From: an uncultured Candidatus Saccharibacteria bacterium
GTDB taxonomy: Bacteria > Patescibacteriota > UBA1384 > DTJR01
Direction of reading: 5' to 3'
DNA length: 64,000 nucleotides
NCBI GenBank assembly: GCA_964580065.1
Contig: CAZOJE010000001.1
Location: 23,717-87,716, forward strand
Positions 63,201 to 64,000 of this stretch are shown piece after piece. The position numbers and the translations under genes were made by a program. How positions within the stretch are numbered: position 1 is the first letter of the stretch; every line of letters starts with the position of its first letter. The notes beneath the pieces were generated by a model, which searched no databases, was not told the origin of the DNA, and saw nothing but the letters and a program-made list of their open reading frames with translations.

Positions 63201-64000
63201 TTTAGAAATCGATACATTGAGGCAGAAGAAAATTGCTATCTTGGGATATGGCGTTGAAGGTTCGGCTCTAGCAAATTTTTTGCGCTCTCACAAGGTTGAA
63301 AATATTTTGATTTTTGACGAAAATGCGTCTGCTCTCGAAAATGTTGACTCTGTTTTCGAATGCACTAGCGATTCTACAAAATTAAATGAATTTGCTCCGG
63401 AAATTGTTTTTCGTAGCCCGGGCTTTCAATATAAAAAAGCGGCCGAGCTTTTACCGAACGCTTTTATCACAAGCGGCACGGATCTTTTTTTGTCTTTAAA
63501 AAAAGGAACGGTGATTGGAATTACAGGAACCAAGGGCAAATCGACAACAGCCAACCTAATTTATGCCATTTTAAAAGCCAATGGCGAAAAAGTATTTTTA
63601 GGCGGCAATATTGGCAATTCTCCCCTGGATTTTGTTGGTGAACTAGATGAACGATCGTACACCATAATGGAATTATCAAGTTTTCAGTTGCAAGAAATGA
63701 AAAATTACCCCGAAATAGCAATAATTTTGCCTATATCATCTGACCATTTAAATTATCACGAATCAATCGAAGAATACCGTCAAGCAAAAATGAATATTAT
63801 TGCGCCCGAAGGTCAAGAGCAGATTGTTGTGATGCCGTATGATCTTCGCGAACAGGTTCCGTCAGATGACAAGAAAAAAATCGTTAGCTATTCACTTGAT
63901 AATCAAGCGTCTGACTGTCATTTGACTTCGACTGATTTCATCTGTCGTGAAAATAAAATTACAGAAGATTTTTTGAGTTTAGCAAAAAAACTGGCCACGC
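63193..64000 (+). CDS. murD: UDP-N-acetylmuramoylalanine--D-glutamate ligase (partial; continues past the window end)
   Basis: IAILGYGVEG...VIGITGTKGKSTT. No stop before nt 64000, which is why it is absent from the ORF track. Overlaps the mraY stop. Confidence 0.8.
   Translation, partial: MANLEIDTLRQKKIAILGYGVEGSALANFLRSHKVENILIFDENASALENVDSVFECTSDSTKLNEFAPEIVFRSPGFQYKKAAELLPNAFITSGTDLFLSLKKGTVIGITGTKGKSTTANLIYAILKANGEKVFLGGNIGNSPLDFVGELDERSYTIMELSSFQLQEMKNYPEIAIILPISSDHLNYHESIEEYRQAKMNIIAPEGQEQIVVMPYDLREQVPSDDKKKIVSYSLDNQASDCHLTSTDFICRENKITEDFLSLAKKLAT

Noticed and set aside
1-64000. Alternative genetic code (code 25, TGA read as Gly) as used by some CPR lineages
   Set aside because: Long ORFs such as uvrA, uvrB and the 1401-aa surface protein are intact under the standard code and end at TGA, TAA or TAG without systematic truncation. 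No evidence for recoding.
1-64000. CRISPR array
   Set aside because: No regularly spaced direct repeats. The only repeated short motifs are the irregularly placed 47-nt hairpin copies, the 62-bp tandem repeats and tRNA-fragment duplicates.

Overview
The window is AT-rich (about 37-40% GC) with a compact, reduced gene content that looks like a Patescibacteria/CPR-type bacterium. This is an inference from gene content only: a minimal dcw cluster, a DUF1566 protein, a giant surface protein, a short UvrC and many tiny intergenic gaps. The standard genetic code fits; long ORFs are not broken by TGA, so code 25 is not indicated.

Layout, left to right:
- 1-9.8 kb: a surface/DUF1566 protein, then a tRNA-rich accessory stretch holding tRNA-Gly(TCC), a cassette encoding a four-helix-bundle protein of the 23S rRNA intervening-sequence (IVS) family (inverted repeats pair around it), tRNA-Arg(TCT), a DHFR-family gene, a TetR + YhgE/Pip pair, tRNA-His and a NUDIX gene.
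- 9.8-13.9 kb: tRNA-Arg(TCG) followed immediately by a large serine recombinase and cargo, i.e. an integrated island.
- 13.9-22.8 kb: six + strand genes with 1-10 nt gaps or overlaps, probably one operon. They are a 1371-aa Upf1-like SF1 helicase fused to a DUF559-type PD-(D/E)xK nuclease, a membrane-anchored WYL-receiver protein, xseA, xseB, a Cas4-like TM0106-family RecB nuclease and a TerB-N protein. This is the most likely candidate for an undescribed defence or DNA-processing system.
- 22.8-27.3 kb: a cryptic prophage remnant (terminase large and small subunits, ParB-fused DNA methyltransferase).
- 27.4-35.6 kb: housekeeping and surface genes, including a 1401-aa beta-helix/discoidin/Ig-like surface protein.
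- 35.7-37.8 kb: a scarred tRNA-Lys/tRNA-Glu integration hotspot. It has a 5' pseudo-copy and a 3'-end duplicate of tRNA-Lys, a 47-nt hairpin motif identical to one at 4.4 kb, a GC-rich foreign-looking ORF, a truncated transposase N-terminus, and a tRNA-Glu 3' duplicate carrying a related hairpin in its T-loop.
- 37.8-52.2 kb: an ABC exporter pair, uvrB, a PIG-L deacetylase, uvrA, a short uvrC, a galactokinase-like gene and mutM.
- 52.3-54.9 kb: small terminator-bounded genes.
- 54.9-55.5 kb: about 500 nt of promoter-driven, highly structured non-coding sequence with terminator/antiterminator-type alternative hairpins, upstream of recO.
- 55.5-64 kb: alr and the dcw cluster (mraZ with its triple GTGG operator, rsmH, ftsL, ftsI, a murF-like gene, mraY, murD partial).

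Three GC-rich islets (2.9-3.25 kb, 5.26-5.9 kb, 36.37-36.8 kb) carry strongly GC3-biased ORFs. All lie next to tRNA genes. They look horizontally acquired or chimeric.

Coordinates that I derived by hand (tRNAs, repeats, promoters, terminators) may be off by 1-2 nt.
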